From the NCBI RefSeq assembly GCF_018977255.1, contig NW_024704745.1, positions 49,352,001-49,416,000 on the forward strand: a stretch of 64,000 nt of DNA, in the 5' to 3' direction. The stretch comes from Callorhinchus milii (taxonomy: Eukaryota). Of the stretch, positions 13,307 to 25,945 are shown one piece after another. Below the pieces are notes generated by a model that ran no database searches, was not told the DNA's origin, and saw only the letters and a list, made by a program, of their open reading frames with translations. How positions within the stretch are numbered: position 1 is the stretch's first letter; each line of letters opens with the position of its first letter. Made by a program: the position numbers and the translations under genes.

Positions 13307-13625
13307 GGAGTCCTGTAGCTCAGCAGTTAGAGCACTTGCCTTGCAAGCAAGACACCTGGGTTCAATTCCAGGCAGAGCGAAACCTTGGGTAAGTTTCCTT
13401 GCTCCACACACCTAATAATAATCCCTCCAAAACAAAAACAATAATAAACTGGTCATTTCAATCCACGACTGTTTGTGGGACACTGCTGTGTGCAATTGGC
13501 TGCCGCTTTTCACCCACAAATATACGGTCAATGCACTTTACAGTCTATTCTGTGAAGTGCTTTGAGACGTCGAGAAGACGTGAAAAGCTCTATATCAAAT
13601 GCAAGGATTATTGTTATATTTATTA
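13307..13625 (+). mobile_element. Full-length tRNA-derived SINE (short-body variant)
   Basis: Head GGAGTCCTGTAGCTCAG (A box) ... GGTTCAATTCC (B box) with a tRNA-Ala(TGC)-like loop, Deu-like 3' core, L2-like tail and (ATT)n. Confidence 0.85.
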
Positions 13626-14439
13626 TATAATGGAATTTCCTCCCTTCCTATCCCCGATTATAACTACACAAGGTCAAGGTCAAGAACTTCAGCAACCACA
13701 AACTGTGCTGCAAACTGTGTCTTGTGATGGGACAATTATCACTTTTTTTGCTGAACGTTATCAAGATTGTCCTTAATAAGACTGGCCATGGATGTGACAT
13801 CCCCTTCCCCAAATCTGTGACAACAGTTGGACCTGAAGCCATCCACGGCTGCCATTGGACTTGCAAGCTAGTGGAATGCCAGTTGAACATTTGTTTAGTT
13901 AATGTGGTATCCCGCAAACCAATTACTCCCTGAGACGACATATGAATTAAGTATTTCAGTTCCCAGTCTAGTCTGAAAAAACCTTAAATACAGCATAACT
14001 AACATTCACACTGTAACCAGTTCACTAATAATACAATTGTAAGAATGATAGCTTTATCTGCAATGGTTTGATGACCAATAGAAAAAAAGAAATATTCTAG
14101 GAAATAAATAAGGCATGCTCAGCTCTGGGTTAGAAGATTGTGTTTCACACTCCACACTGGAACTTGAACTCATGGTCTAGAATGACACTCTAATATTGGA
14201 GGGAGTATCCATATCAACGATAACATTACTCTGCAACAGTTTGTTTGTTAACCAATAGAAAAACAAAATGCCATTTTAGCAAAAGAGAACTACTTGATCA
14301 AACTTTACACTACACGTTGGATTTCCTACTTCATACTTTTTTGCCCGCGATAGTCATTTTTCGGTTCCATATTTCACAGGTCCCTCACTTGAAGGAAGCC
14401 AAGGCAGTCTAAACACAGAAACAACTTGTCAAAACTTAC

Positions 14440-15132
14440 CACACGCAGTGATGATCCAGCTTTTGTACACAAGCTGCACAAAGCCGGCAGTGTCCTGAAC
14501 GAGGTGGTCTTGAAATCTTGCAGATGTTGCACCAGTTCTTTTCCAGGCTCCCATTCCCTGCTTGCATTCCATTATGTCCAAGATGATGCACCTTTGTGGA
14601 ACCATTTCTACCGACTTGTTGAATTTTATGCATGCCATTCGAACAGTCAGGTGTGACATGAGTGTGGATATCTTTTATTGGAGTACTGCCATTGTCTGCT
14701 CTGAGGTAGCCTGGGTCCATCTTGGCTTGTCTTAAGCTTACCAGTGTCAGCACCATACCACTGGTTAGTACCATTAACTGCACAAGGCTAACATCTCCTT
14801 TAGGAAATACTTCACACAGGAATAGATAGTACATGTAGCCTAGGGAAAAGAGACCCAAACTGAGGAAAAACAGAGTCTGCCCTTTCTTATGATGGGTGAT
14901 GTAGTAATACCAGAGAACTAATATTGGTACTATTGTAAGAACGATAAGTGCCAAGATGTGGTGAAGGGCTGCAATATGAAGGAAGATAGGAAGCAGGATA
15001 AGAGGTGGCAGTACTGTGATGTCAATTTTTTTAGCGCCCGAGCCCAAAAGCCATGGCACACGGAGACGGTCAGAAATCGTATCTGCTATTCGTTCAAGAC
15101 TTTGTGGATTGATGGACTGGCCTTTCAGACAC
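14440..15132 (-). CDS. ZDHHC23: ZDHHC23 large coding exon containing the DHHC-CRD
   Basis: 693 bp, (R)CLKGQSINPQSLERIADTISDRLRVPW...WCNICKISRPPRSGHCRLCAACVQKLDHHCV(W), acceptor ttgcAG, donor GTAAG. Confidence 0.95.
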
Positions 15133-15229
15133 CTGCAAATGAAAGCATGTTAGTTAACATAATCCATTCGCTGTTCCGTGCACATCCAATATTAAGGACT
15201 GAAACAATTACAGCAAGATTGGCTCTGAC

Positions 15230-15366
15230 CTGTCACATGCATCATCCAGATCCTCACAGTCACAGCAGCTGGCCAGGATGTGTGTTCTCTCTCCATTCCG
15301 GTTAAAGTACTCACAACAGCAAAGAGTAGTATCCTCATCAGATCTTTGAGAACGTTTCTTCTTCAT
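15230..15366 (-). CDS. ZDHHC23: ZDHHC23 first coding exon (exon begins at 15408)
   Basis: MKKKRSQRSDEDTTLCCCEYFNRNGERTHILASCCDCEDLDDACD(R), matching the recalled human LCCCEYIDRNGE motif. The four exons sum to 1266 nt = 421 aa plus stop. Confidence 0.92.
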
Positions 15367-18300
15367 CCTGTCTTTTTTGCTCACACTTCTTATTTAATTT
15401 TTACAGATCTACCAAAAGAAAATAGTAATGAATGTCTGACTCTCAATTTTACATTGTATTTTTCTGTGAAGCTAACATGTTTATTAATTGCACCTTCCAT
15501 TCACTCACCAGCTGTTTTTTTACACATACATATTGCAGTGCTATCACAGATAATAATAAATCATATATACTAACTGTGTATTTGTAGGCAAACACAGCAG
15601 AAATGCTGAGGTCAGCAGTGTCCTACAAACAGACATGAAATAAAAGACCAATTTATCCAGAAGATTGTTTGCTAGGACAGCTAGATAAACTCATTTCTCA
15701 AATGGTATCGTTCGCCGATACAAATAGTCACCTCATTTGATCGGAATAACTTATGAAGCCCTTAGAGACAATAAGATAAGATGCTGTAAAAATGCAAATT
15801 CTTTCTTTGTAACTTTAGGGTTGTATGTAATCTGAGAAGATCAAATATGCTAGGTAAGAACAGTTTATAATATGAATCTGAGGACCAAAGGTTCTTACAA
15901 CCCTTGAACATACTGCCAGTTCTCAGTTCAACATGTATTGTTTTAATGTTTTTGTGAGCAGTTTGACTTGGCTTTGGGCAGCTTGTGCCAACTGCAGTCA
16001 GGGCAGGTGGTAGTTGCCGCTGGACTGCATTATTATTTTCACACAAGGTTTTATGATCCTGAAGTCATTTCTGAAGTTACATAAAGAGATAGTCTGCAGG
16101 TGACTGCAGGAAATTTTGAATTAAGTGTAAAGAATATCAATATATATTTGAAAAGAAGCATAAAAAGATATGAAGTGACTAACTGTGCACTTGTGCAGTT
16201 TCATGTTGATATCCCACTGAATCAACGAAGCTCAGTTACATTACGGTTCCCCACAAAATATACAGTCCATTCACTTTACAGTATAATCTGTGAAGTGCTT
16301 TGAGACATCTCAAAGACGTGATAAGGCGCTATATCAAATACAAGGCTTATTATTGTTACAATTTTTCAATTGACTACACAGATAAAAAAAACAAAATACA
16401 AAATAGTTGAAACTAAGTTAGTGGCCTTGGAAAACGATCTGAAATACCAGATAAAATGCATGCACTGCAGGGTGTCTTCACCATATCAAAAACAAGCATT
16501 ATTGTTTGTATTATTATATAAGTACCATTATAATTCTTAAAAATGTATTTTACATTAATCTGCAGGAAACAACAGTGTGACGAAGCTCATCTTGCAAAGA
16601 GAATTTTTTTATGGGCGGGGGGGGTATGTCAAAATGTTAGTATTCCTCAATAAATCGATACATAATGCATTCCTTTTCTCAACAATCACTGACAATAATC
16701 AAGGAATAGTACAGTAATTGCTGTTGGATTATGTCCTTGTAAATCTGTTTAATGAAATTTTGGGACTAGCTAATCTCCTCCCAACTGCCTGATTTTGACT
16801 GGATCTTTCTTCTTTAATCCTGTTGCTGGAATTGAGGATTTTGTGTTTCTTTGCCAGATACTGTCCATAAATTAATTTTAAAGTTAACAAGCCATTCTGA
16901 CTGCTAAGATTTAATTGATCTCACTTTAAATATTCTCACAATCTCCCTTAAGTATCCCCAGTCATAATGCACCAAATGCATTTAAGAATAGAACAATTTT
17001 GATTTCAGATGTTATGAAGTCAAGATGTCTTTAAGTGGTTCACATGAAATTGCAGTCAAATGTAGTGACTGTTTTTAAAAACAAAAAGCAGGAGCCACTT
17101 ATTTCCCACAGCAAAGTGCCACGAACAAGCAGAGATGAATGACCAAATAATATGGAGGATTATTGGTCAGGACAGTAACCAACATGATGCTGTCTACCTT
17201 TTCTAAGCAAAGGTTGTAAAATGCATACAGTTAAAATTTAGAGACAAGGACAATCCTAAATAACAGATTGAGTGTGCCTTACTCACAGCATTATCCTTAC
17301 TAAGTTGGTATCAGCTTTCCTAATGCAAATGAATCCAAGCAAAATATAAAGCAAACTCTGAAAAATAACCTTACCAACACTTTTTTTTTGATATCTGACA
17401 ATCTGCTCTTGAATGAAGTAGCCCAGTTGCCCATTGAAGTTAATAATGCAATGCGAAGAATTTGTGACCTCCGAGCTCCAACCATACAGTGAATCGTTTA
17501 ATAAAGCAGTGACACAAATATATTTGCTACTAAGCCAGTTGTACTCTTAAAAGTTCAAGGATGAAACTCTAGCTGTCCGGATGTGCATGCCATCACTGAG
17601 CTCTCAAACTTGCCAAGGCATCCCTATGTTGACCAGTTTGGCACAGCATCAATGGACCACACCGATCAAAAAATGTCACAGCTGACCGCTTTGAAAAATA
17701 AAATCAGCACAAGACATAGTAAGCTTCATTGAGGAAAAAAACTTTTACCTGAAAATACATGTTTAATCTACACATTGAAAACAGTATATCTGAGTTAGAG
17801 GGAAGGAAGAGAAAAGAGGTATGTGATGTGATAATTATCTGCTTATTGACTTTGACCTACTGCTCAATCCTCACTTCTTCTGTCTCAGTATTAGTGGGCA
17901 GCCCTTGGGCACTATGTCCCAGCTTTCTGGAACTCCCTAAATTAATTTACCTTGTTCCTTCTCTCCTTTCTTTCAAAGCCCATTTAAAAACTTTGACCAT
18001 GGCTTTGGTTAAAACCTCCAAGATCTTTCCTATCCTTACTGGTCAGTACTCCCTATCGTCTCCGTGAAGCACTTCAAGAGCAACATGATATTCTACATGA
18101 AAGTCACTATATAAGTGAAATCTGTTGTTGTGCAGCTCCCACATCTGCTCGATAGACAAGCACATGCTCATTCAACAAAGTAGTTAAAAACTCCAAAGAT
18201 AGATGGCAAAATCGTAAACTGCAAAAAAGGACTTTGATTTGTTTTTCCTGAAGGTGAAAGCACCAACTTAGTAATTAAAGTCCTGTAAAACTTTAATTGA

Positions 18301-20371
18301 AGTAGAATAATTTTGCTAGAAGTGTTCATTTAGTAAAAAGTCTATTTTACTAAGCACCTAGCCAGCAAGGGGGTAGAGTATGGTTCAGTAAAGTATTGTA
18401 TTCTATGTATTTGCACTTTAGAATACAGTACTGCTTGTGTTACATTAAATTTGGTTATTAAATATTTAATAATATAAATCTGGTTCAGTGTCATCTGAAA
18501 TCCGCATTGATTTTTAAATCCACAATGGGACCATCCCCATTAGTGTAATATTTTACTGTACTGATGTATCATTTTAATTTGTATCTCCTTGGTCTAATTG
18601 CATACTCAGAACTGACATGGCTTCTTCCAAAACTCAAGAATAATCATTTGTTGGAGACCTAAATCTTTGCCCAAGTTTGCTCTTAGGAGAATTTATCTAA
18701 TGCCGTGATCCAGAAATCAATTCCCACACAGACACCCGTGCATTAAAATTCTTAATTTAAAATAAAATCGAAGTTATTTGATCTGGCATATATTTAGCTC
18801 CCTCTTGAGTAATAAAATTACCTTATGTTCTGGCTAACAATACTCACACATAGATTGGCTATTCACTTCATTGCTGTTGGTGGGACTTGGCTGGGGCAAA
18901 TTGACTGCCACAACCTTCAACATTATAGGTGTTACATCAAATAGAAGTATTATTATAGGTTTATAACAGTTAATAAGTAGTCAATAAATCATAATAGCCC
19001 CACCATTGTCATGCAAACTTTCAGCTATTCTGGAACTCTGTCTGCCTCACCACTTCCGACCCCACCTTTAAGCCTATCTCAAAACCTTTGTTTTCGACCA
19101 CGCTTTTGGTCAACCTGCTGAGCCTTCCCCCACTTTGTAAGGTCCTCCCACCCTCAGCTCAGACTCCTAGTTGCCTTTATGAAACATTTTGATACATCCT
19201 CCCATGTGAAAGGTGCTTTCCTGTATATGTAAATTGCTGTTGTAAACTCTTTCCATGCGCAAGGGATTCACCAAGGAAATACAGAATATCTAGCGTTAAC
19301 CAAGGACAGTTCTTAGGCTGCCTGTATCAATTACCGCATTTGTTCCACCCCCGAATAAGTCTAAATTTGAAGCACTAAGCTGAGGTTTTAGCCATCAGAA
19401 ATTCTTGATTTGAATTAATTTTGAAATTTGAAATAAAGATGCTTCCAATTTCCACAATGCATTGGTTTGCTTGTTGAAAAACAATAAGCTGGTATTCTCC
19501 AAACCCAAATATAATGCAAACACGTTAACTTAACTCACAAAACTCAGAGAGTGATTACCCATAGAATAAATCTATATATTTTTCCATTAGAAAATAATGA
19601 ATATTTCAGATACTTGTATACTCCATCTACACTACACACTTGGTAGCAAATTGCTGGTAAATTAACCACAATCATCCATTAATATATAAACTGGGGAAGG
19701 GAGGAGAGGAAGGGAGAAGGATCAGAAGAAATTGCGATGGAGCCTTGCAATCAACCCAGAATAATTATTTCTTAAGAGCAAAGCCATTTTCACCAGTCAA
19801 TTTCACTCTCTTGAGATAACCCTGAAAGTTCTCGGGCAGTCCAATCAATTTACCAAGATCTTACAACTATACATTTTTTTAAAAAAATTAAGAGAAAATT
19901 CTGAAATTCTGTATGCTTTTAATAGCCACAATTTGATATGGAGTTTGAAGCATAAATCTGGACTCCCGCTCCACACCCCTGCACTGCTGCAATTGATATT
20001 GGTTTGCTTCCAACAATATAAAAGCTCTATGAATCAATCTGTAAAGATCTTAAGTGCTATCTTATTTTCTTTGTCTACTAGCATCAAAGGAATACCTCCA
20101 GATTTTCCACAACTACCCATTTTATTTAAGACGAGAAAACAAATGAGGGGAATGCTTGAAAGTCAAAAAACAGAAGCAAAATGCATCAGATAAGACACTT
20201 CATCAAAAATGGACAGTCAGCAATCTAAAATGAAGTGCTAATCAGGTTACAAATTGCCTTGACAGCAGAAGGCATAGGATAATTCTGAATATGGACTATC
20301 TGAATTGAGCCAAAATAATAAGAATTCATGGTAACTGTTCTTAGGCCTCTCCTAGTTATACTTATTAATAA

Positions 20372-21090
20372 CTAGCTATACCCATTGCAGCTATGCTTGC
20401 AACCAGTTTCATTTAATCGGTCTTTTCTCTTTCATCTGGCATTTTTATTTGTCCTTGAAAGAGTTGATATTTACTTTTAAGGAGTCTTTATCCCTTAAGA
20501 TTAAGAAAATATGCTATTGAACTCATTAGCATCACTTGCTCACATATTTTCACACATATCCTTTTGGGAAGACTCATGCTGGGAGGACAGTAGGAAGATT
20601 CCCGTAGGGAAGACTCCCGGAGGGAAGACTCCTGTAGGGAAGACTCCTTATTGGGAGGACTCCTCTCCCCCATGCAAGACCTTTCCAATGAGGTATAAAT
20701 CATGTCTCTACGTCAATCGGTTATTGCGTTATTGACACACAGACAGACATTTTGTGTTTATTAGAAAAAAATATGCCCATGATACTCCCCCTTGGAAGAC
20801 TTATCTCTCAAGAAGGATGTGTGATTTCCTCTGTCGCTACTTTGTTGCAGAAAACTGTGCATAACTACTTTGTTACAGAATACCATGCATACCTATTTGG
20901 GGTCTTAATTAAAACATTATTTTAATATAGCTCATTAACGATAGGAGATTCCTCCTAAACAATAAGCCCATGACACTCCACCTTGCAAGACTTTCCAATG
21001 AGGTATAAATCATGTCTCTAAGTCAATCAGTTATTGCTTTATTGGCGGACAGACACACAGACAGACATTCTATCTTTATCAGTATATAGA
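20372..21090 (-). mobile_element. Non-autonomous Helitron-like element
   Basis: On the minus strand: 5' TCTATATA...TGTCTGTCTG start, and a 3' hairpin (20385-20402) lying 9 nt before terminal CTAG, followed by T. It has internal 15-bp repeats and a duplicated 5' block. Confidence 0.65.
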
Positions 21091-21414
21091 AAATAGAAGA
21101 AGATGCTATAAGCAGCAAGTCAAAACTTGAATGGCAAATATCCACCAATTCTCTGGGCTCATCGGGGTCATCTCTTAGAACCTAATAGTATTGAAATACT
21201 GGAGTCTCATTTAAAATATTTCTTAACAAGATTCCTTCCAACTAGTGCAAATGGTGACTCCTGGTAACTGAAAGTATATTATGCCAAACTGTGGGAATTC
21301 TGTTCCGACATCATTCACTTCTGGAGTTTAACGGGAATTCCATTCCATAACAAGAATTTAATTAGGATTCCTTAATAAAGAATCCCATTAAGAAAAAATA
21401 CAAACTAGATTCCA

Positions 21415-21715
21415 AAAACCTTCCCTTGACCTCTCTTCTCAAACTACCATCCCATCTCCAACTTTCCCTTTCTTTCCAAAATCCTGGATTGAGCCCTTGC
21501 TTTCCAGCTTCATTCCTTCCTCTCCCACCACTCCCTGTATGAACTTCTCAAATCTGGTTTTGTGCCTTCAATCATCTTCTTACCTCTATCCCTTTGCTCT
21601 CCACCTCTCTTGATCCCAACCCCCAGCTCGGATCCAAACCCCTCAGCACCTCGGGATATCCTCCCGGCGTGAAAGGCACTACATAAATTCAATTTGTTGT
21701 GTAGTTGTGGTGGTT
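21415..21715 (+). mobile_element. Internally deleted L2 remnant
   Basis: RT-start-like piece (aactaccatcccatctccaactttccctttctttccaaaatcctgga) joined to the L2 3' tail (gtgaaaggcactacataaat...ttgttg). Confidence 0.6.
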
Positions 21716-21939
21716 ATTGTATTATATCCATGCAAAGTCTAACTGCCAGTATTTAACATGCAACTGATATTCATGCCAATATCGAGACCATGTAACTAAT
21801 ACTTGTAACAAAATCAAAGATAAATATTTTTTGATCAATGCAGCCATGTGAAAAAGGATGTGTGCTCAATCTCAAGACATCTTATTACATAATTTCTCCA
21901 GCTGTTCTGGAGAAGTTATGTGATGAGAGCAATAAATCT

Positions 21940-22190
21940 GTTTGTTTTGTCTGTGTGAAGAATATTGGCCAGGACACTTAGAGAACTCCTTTCCCTTCTT
22001 CAAAATAGTACCATTCAATCTTTAATGCACATCTGAACCACTTTGGTTTAATATCTTACTGAAAAGACGGCACCTTCAAAAATACACATTAGAGTGTCAG
22101 CCTAGATTTTGACCTCAGATGCTGCTGAAGATTTCAAACCCACAACCTCTGATTGTCAAAGCAGTTGTGCTACCAACTGAATCAAACTGG
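21940..22190 (-). mobile_element. Old Deu-domain SINE remnant
   Basis: Reverse of Deu core segments (ggtgccgtcttt, gtcctggccaatatt) and a tRNA-like head. Confidence 0.55.
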
Positions 22191-23625
22191 TACCTTTCAT
22201 GAGGTATTTTAAAATACGTACATCATTCTTCTAAAAATTAGCCTTCCTCATCACTTTTTTTGTGTCTTATTGCACAAATACTTAAACAGTGTTAACATAA
22301 ATAATGTTAATATAACATATATAATCATGCATTTCATGGCTGTGTAATTTCATGGCTTGCCATTTCATTTACAGAGGGTAAGCAGTGGAAAGTGTAATAC
22401 AGAATTTACTCCAATAACCAGTACAGTCTTTATAATTCATTTAAGTACAGAGTTTATACCATACAGACATTAATGGAAAAAAAACTAAAGTATACAACAG
22501 ATTAATAACAAATCTGTTGATGTCACAGAGACCTTAGAATTACTATTATGACCCAACCTATTCTGCTCACAGTTGAAATCACCATGTGCCACCACCTATA
22601 GTACAAAACAAAGTATAAACCCCTCCAAAATACCAATAGTATTCAGAACACCAGATGGTTGAAGATTATAACAGGTTTTTAATTCCACCTGCAAGGAAGC
22701 TTTTCAGCTTTGTTTGTTGGACTATAAAACCAAATTATATCAAGATATCAAGAAATTATATTATAAAAAGCTTCAACCTATAGTAGTCATTTCTCTAAAT
22801 TATCCAGTGTCTAGGTTTGTATCTTGATATCACGGATATCGCCATGTGCATAAAATATTATACAGTGCTACATACAGTCCCATTCACAAGAGGTAATACT
22901 TGCCTTTTGTTACGCTTCTGTCTATGTTGTATTCCCCCATCATGCATAATGATAAAAACTTACATAATGAAACCACTTTTTTTTTTACAGCAAGTCACCA
23001 GAATATAATTCATTCTGTAGATTCAAAGATCATTCCGAATTGAAGGCATCATGAGAAAATTTCCGATTAAATTACTGCTGAGAACTCAATGTCAGACATT
23101 TGTTTATCACTCTACATGTATTATCTTAGCCGCTAACTCAGTATGTAGATAATACCTGCATTCCTCCAAAAAATGCAGTTTAACAATTTTGAAAGCCATT
23201 CAGATATACGTTATGCATATATTGCAAAAGTGGAGAAAATAATATTTCCAGAAGTTACTGCAGAAGTTTCGCCCACAAAATATAGTCAATTCAGTACCTT
23301 CTGTGAAGCGCTTTGAGACGTCTCGAAGACATGATAAGGCGCTGTAATCAAATGCAAAGGTTATTATCACACGGCAAAAAAAAAATTTGCTCTCTTTTAA
23401 GATAAATTCTCTGGTTGTGAATTTTTTCTCACAGCTGTAGACAACCCAACACTGTGCATTTCAGGAAGGCACACATAGTAACAAGTACAAACTCAGGTCT
23501 CTGTGCTTCATTACCTCAAAAAGCACAGAAGGTATGAGTTTGTAATTGTTATTTTCCACGTTGCAAATGTTTATAAAGGATATTGAGGAAAGTAGGAGTT
23601 TCCTGTGACAACGATTGAGAGAGTT

Positions 23626-24629
23626 GCCCCTGAAGCCTGACCTGTCCTGTTGCTCCTCGGGTGGAATCCCCGCACTCCGGCTCCGGCTCCGGCTCGCAGC
23701 CCCTTCGGTTTGGGGAGTGGAGCGCACGGCATGGAAAGCCAGGAGCAGGAGCGGCACCACCGCTTTGCCCCTTTGCCTCCTCTCCCCCCAGCCGCTCACT
23801 GCCCGACCCGCGCAGCGCAGGTTCGCTGTCCAGTCCGCACGGCACCAGTTGACTGCCCAGCCCGCACAGGTTCAATACCCAACCCGCACGGCACTAACTC
23901 TCTGCCCAGCCCGTACGGCAGTAACTTCCTGCCCAGCCCGCACGGCACTGCTGCCTGCCCAGCCCGCCCGGCACTGCCTGCCCAGCACTGTCTGCCTGCC
24001 CAGCCCGCAAGGCACTGCCTGCCCGCCCGCCCAGCACTGCCTATCCGTCCAGCACTGCCTGCCCAGCCCGCAAGGCACTGCCTGCCCGCCCGCACGGCAC
24101 TACCTGCCCAGCACTGGCTGCCTGCCCGCCCGCACGGCACTGCCTGCCTGCCCAGCACTGCCTGCCTGCCCGGCAGTCACTGCCTGCCCAGCACTGCCTG
24201 CCTGCCTGCCTGCCCAGCACTGCCTGCCTGCCCGCCCGGCACTGCCCAGCACTGCCTGCCTGCCCGCCCGCACAGCCCAGCACTGCCTGCCCAGCGCCAC
24301 TACTTCCTGGTGCTTTGTGACGTTGCATTGAGAACGTCGCACCTCCTGACAGACCGGGAGATTCAAATCAGCCCCGAGCCAGAGCCAGAGCCAGACCGTG
24401 AGGGTCAGCATCAACACACAGCCTCTGACTGGGGACGAGAGGGCACCTTCGTGTCTGTCACCCACAGCTGGAATAACTGGCTACCCAGTGGCCTGGAATA
24501 AATAGGATGGACGTTTTATTCCTGGACTGTTGTTCGATTCACGTTTGAGAGATAGGGAGAAACTTTGCATAACTTTTCTGACAGATTAAACGGATTAAGT
24601 AGACTCTACGATAAAGTGGCTTCAGGGGC
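23626..24629. repeat. GC/CpG-rich insertion with internal degenerate minisatellite (GCACTGCCTGCC(CAGCCC) units), bounded by inverted repeats
   Basis: Tandem units at about 23830-24300. 12-bp inverted repeat GCCCCTGAAGCC (23626-23637) / GGCTTCAGGGGC (24618-24629). Confidence 0.6.
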
Positions 24630-25345
24630 TCCCTATTATATATACACCTCATTGATCTATGAATGTCTGAATGGATACATTCATTACTTTTGAAAAGATT
24701 AACAGTTCATCGCAGCAATCAATAAACCCCCTAGCCAGCAATATATTTTAAACATTAGTTTTCCCATGGTTATTGATCCACTTTTCTTTCCTCTCCTTTC
24801 TGACCAATCAATTTGACCTGGATTATGTTTTTGTGACTTAGTTATTCTCTTTTGTAGCATTTTCCTCTTTCTTCACTGTTTCCTTGTCAACCTGGTTCAT
24901 TCTTGCCTCTAGGTCAGAGGGCTGTAGACTCTCCGCTGATACTTGAACTCAGTGGAGGCTGAAACACCATATTGAAGGATATTTTCTATACATTGTCATG
25001 TTTGCTTACAAAAATCTTAGCAAGTGAGAATACATTTTAAGATTTAATTCTTCTTAATGTGATGCTTTATGGATGATTTTTCAGTTTCATCACAAATTTC
25101 AAATTTCAAATCTTAACCATCTTCAAAAGGATAATAATAGTAATTTGGTCACTCAATCCACAACTGTTTCTGGGATACTCTTGTGCGCAATTGGCTGCCA
25201 CATTTTGCCTACAAAATATATAGTCAATTCAAATTTACAGTATATTCTGTGAGTTGTCTTGAAGACATGGTAGGGCGCTATACAAAATGCAAAGATTATT
25301 ATTATCTGTTATAAATACAAGTTGTTTGTTTTAACTTGCAGTATC

Positions 25346-25945
25346 TTCTAGTCCAATCAGGTTTCCGTGCTTCCCACAGCACAGAAACAGCCTTGGTCAA
25401 AGTGACAAATGATATTTGGTCCATTTGTGACCAGGGCTCTCTGTGTCTCCTCATCCTTCTTGACCTCTCTGCTGCCTTTGATACTGTCAACCATTCTATC
25501 CTCCTCCACCAACGCTCCACTCACCGCAAACGTTATTGTCCTGTCCTTGACTGGTTCACACCATCACTTTCACATCGTCTCCACTTTGTCTCCCCAAACG
25601 GCTTCTTCTCCAACCCCCGCACTGTCTCGTGCGGCATTCCTCAGGGCTCTGTCCTTACTCCTCTCCTTTTCAACATCTATATGCTCCCTCTTGGTTCCGC
25701 AGAAATGGGGTCAACTTCCACATGTACGTATATGACACCCAACTCTATCTCTCTGCCTCCACCCTCAACTCCAGGACCACAGCTGTCTTGACAGAATGTT
25801 TGTCAGACATCAAATCCTGGATGAGAGCTAACTTTCTCCAGTTCAATGTCAACAAGACTGAAGCCCTCCTGATTGGCTCCTGTCAGCATCTCCACTTCTC
25901 AGGCACTGACAGCATTACCATCCAAGGATGCACTCCACCTCACTG
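25346..25945 (+). mobile_element. L2-clade reverse transcriptase fragment
   Basis: QSGFRASHSTETALVKVTND, LLDLSAAFDTVNH, GIPQGSVLTPLLFNIYMLPLG and a degenerate YADD (YVYDTQLY), with frameshifts. Confidence 0.9.

Noticed and set aside
13307-13378. tRNA-Ala(TGC) gene
   Set aside because: The tRNA-like part lacks a proper acceptor stem and continues into a repeated SINE body; the same head occurs at 28006 and 58605.
23368-23385. CACGGCAAAAA as a CACTA/EnSpm terminal repeat
   Set aside because: No matching inverted partner found nearby; it directly follows a SINE tail.
23615-24501. 238-283 aa Pro/Ala/Cys-rich ORFs
   Set aside because: Open in many frames on both strands because of GC-rich tandem repeats; no recognisable domain.
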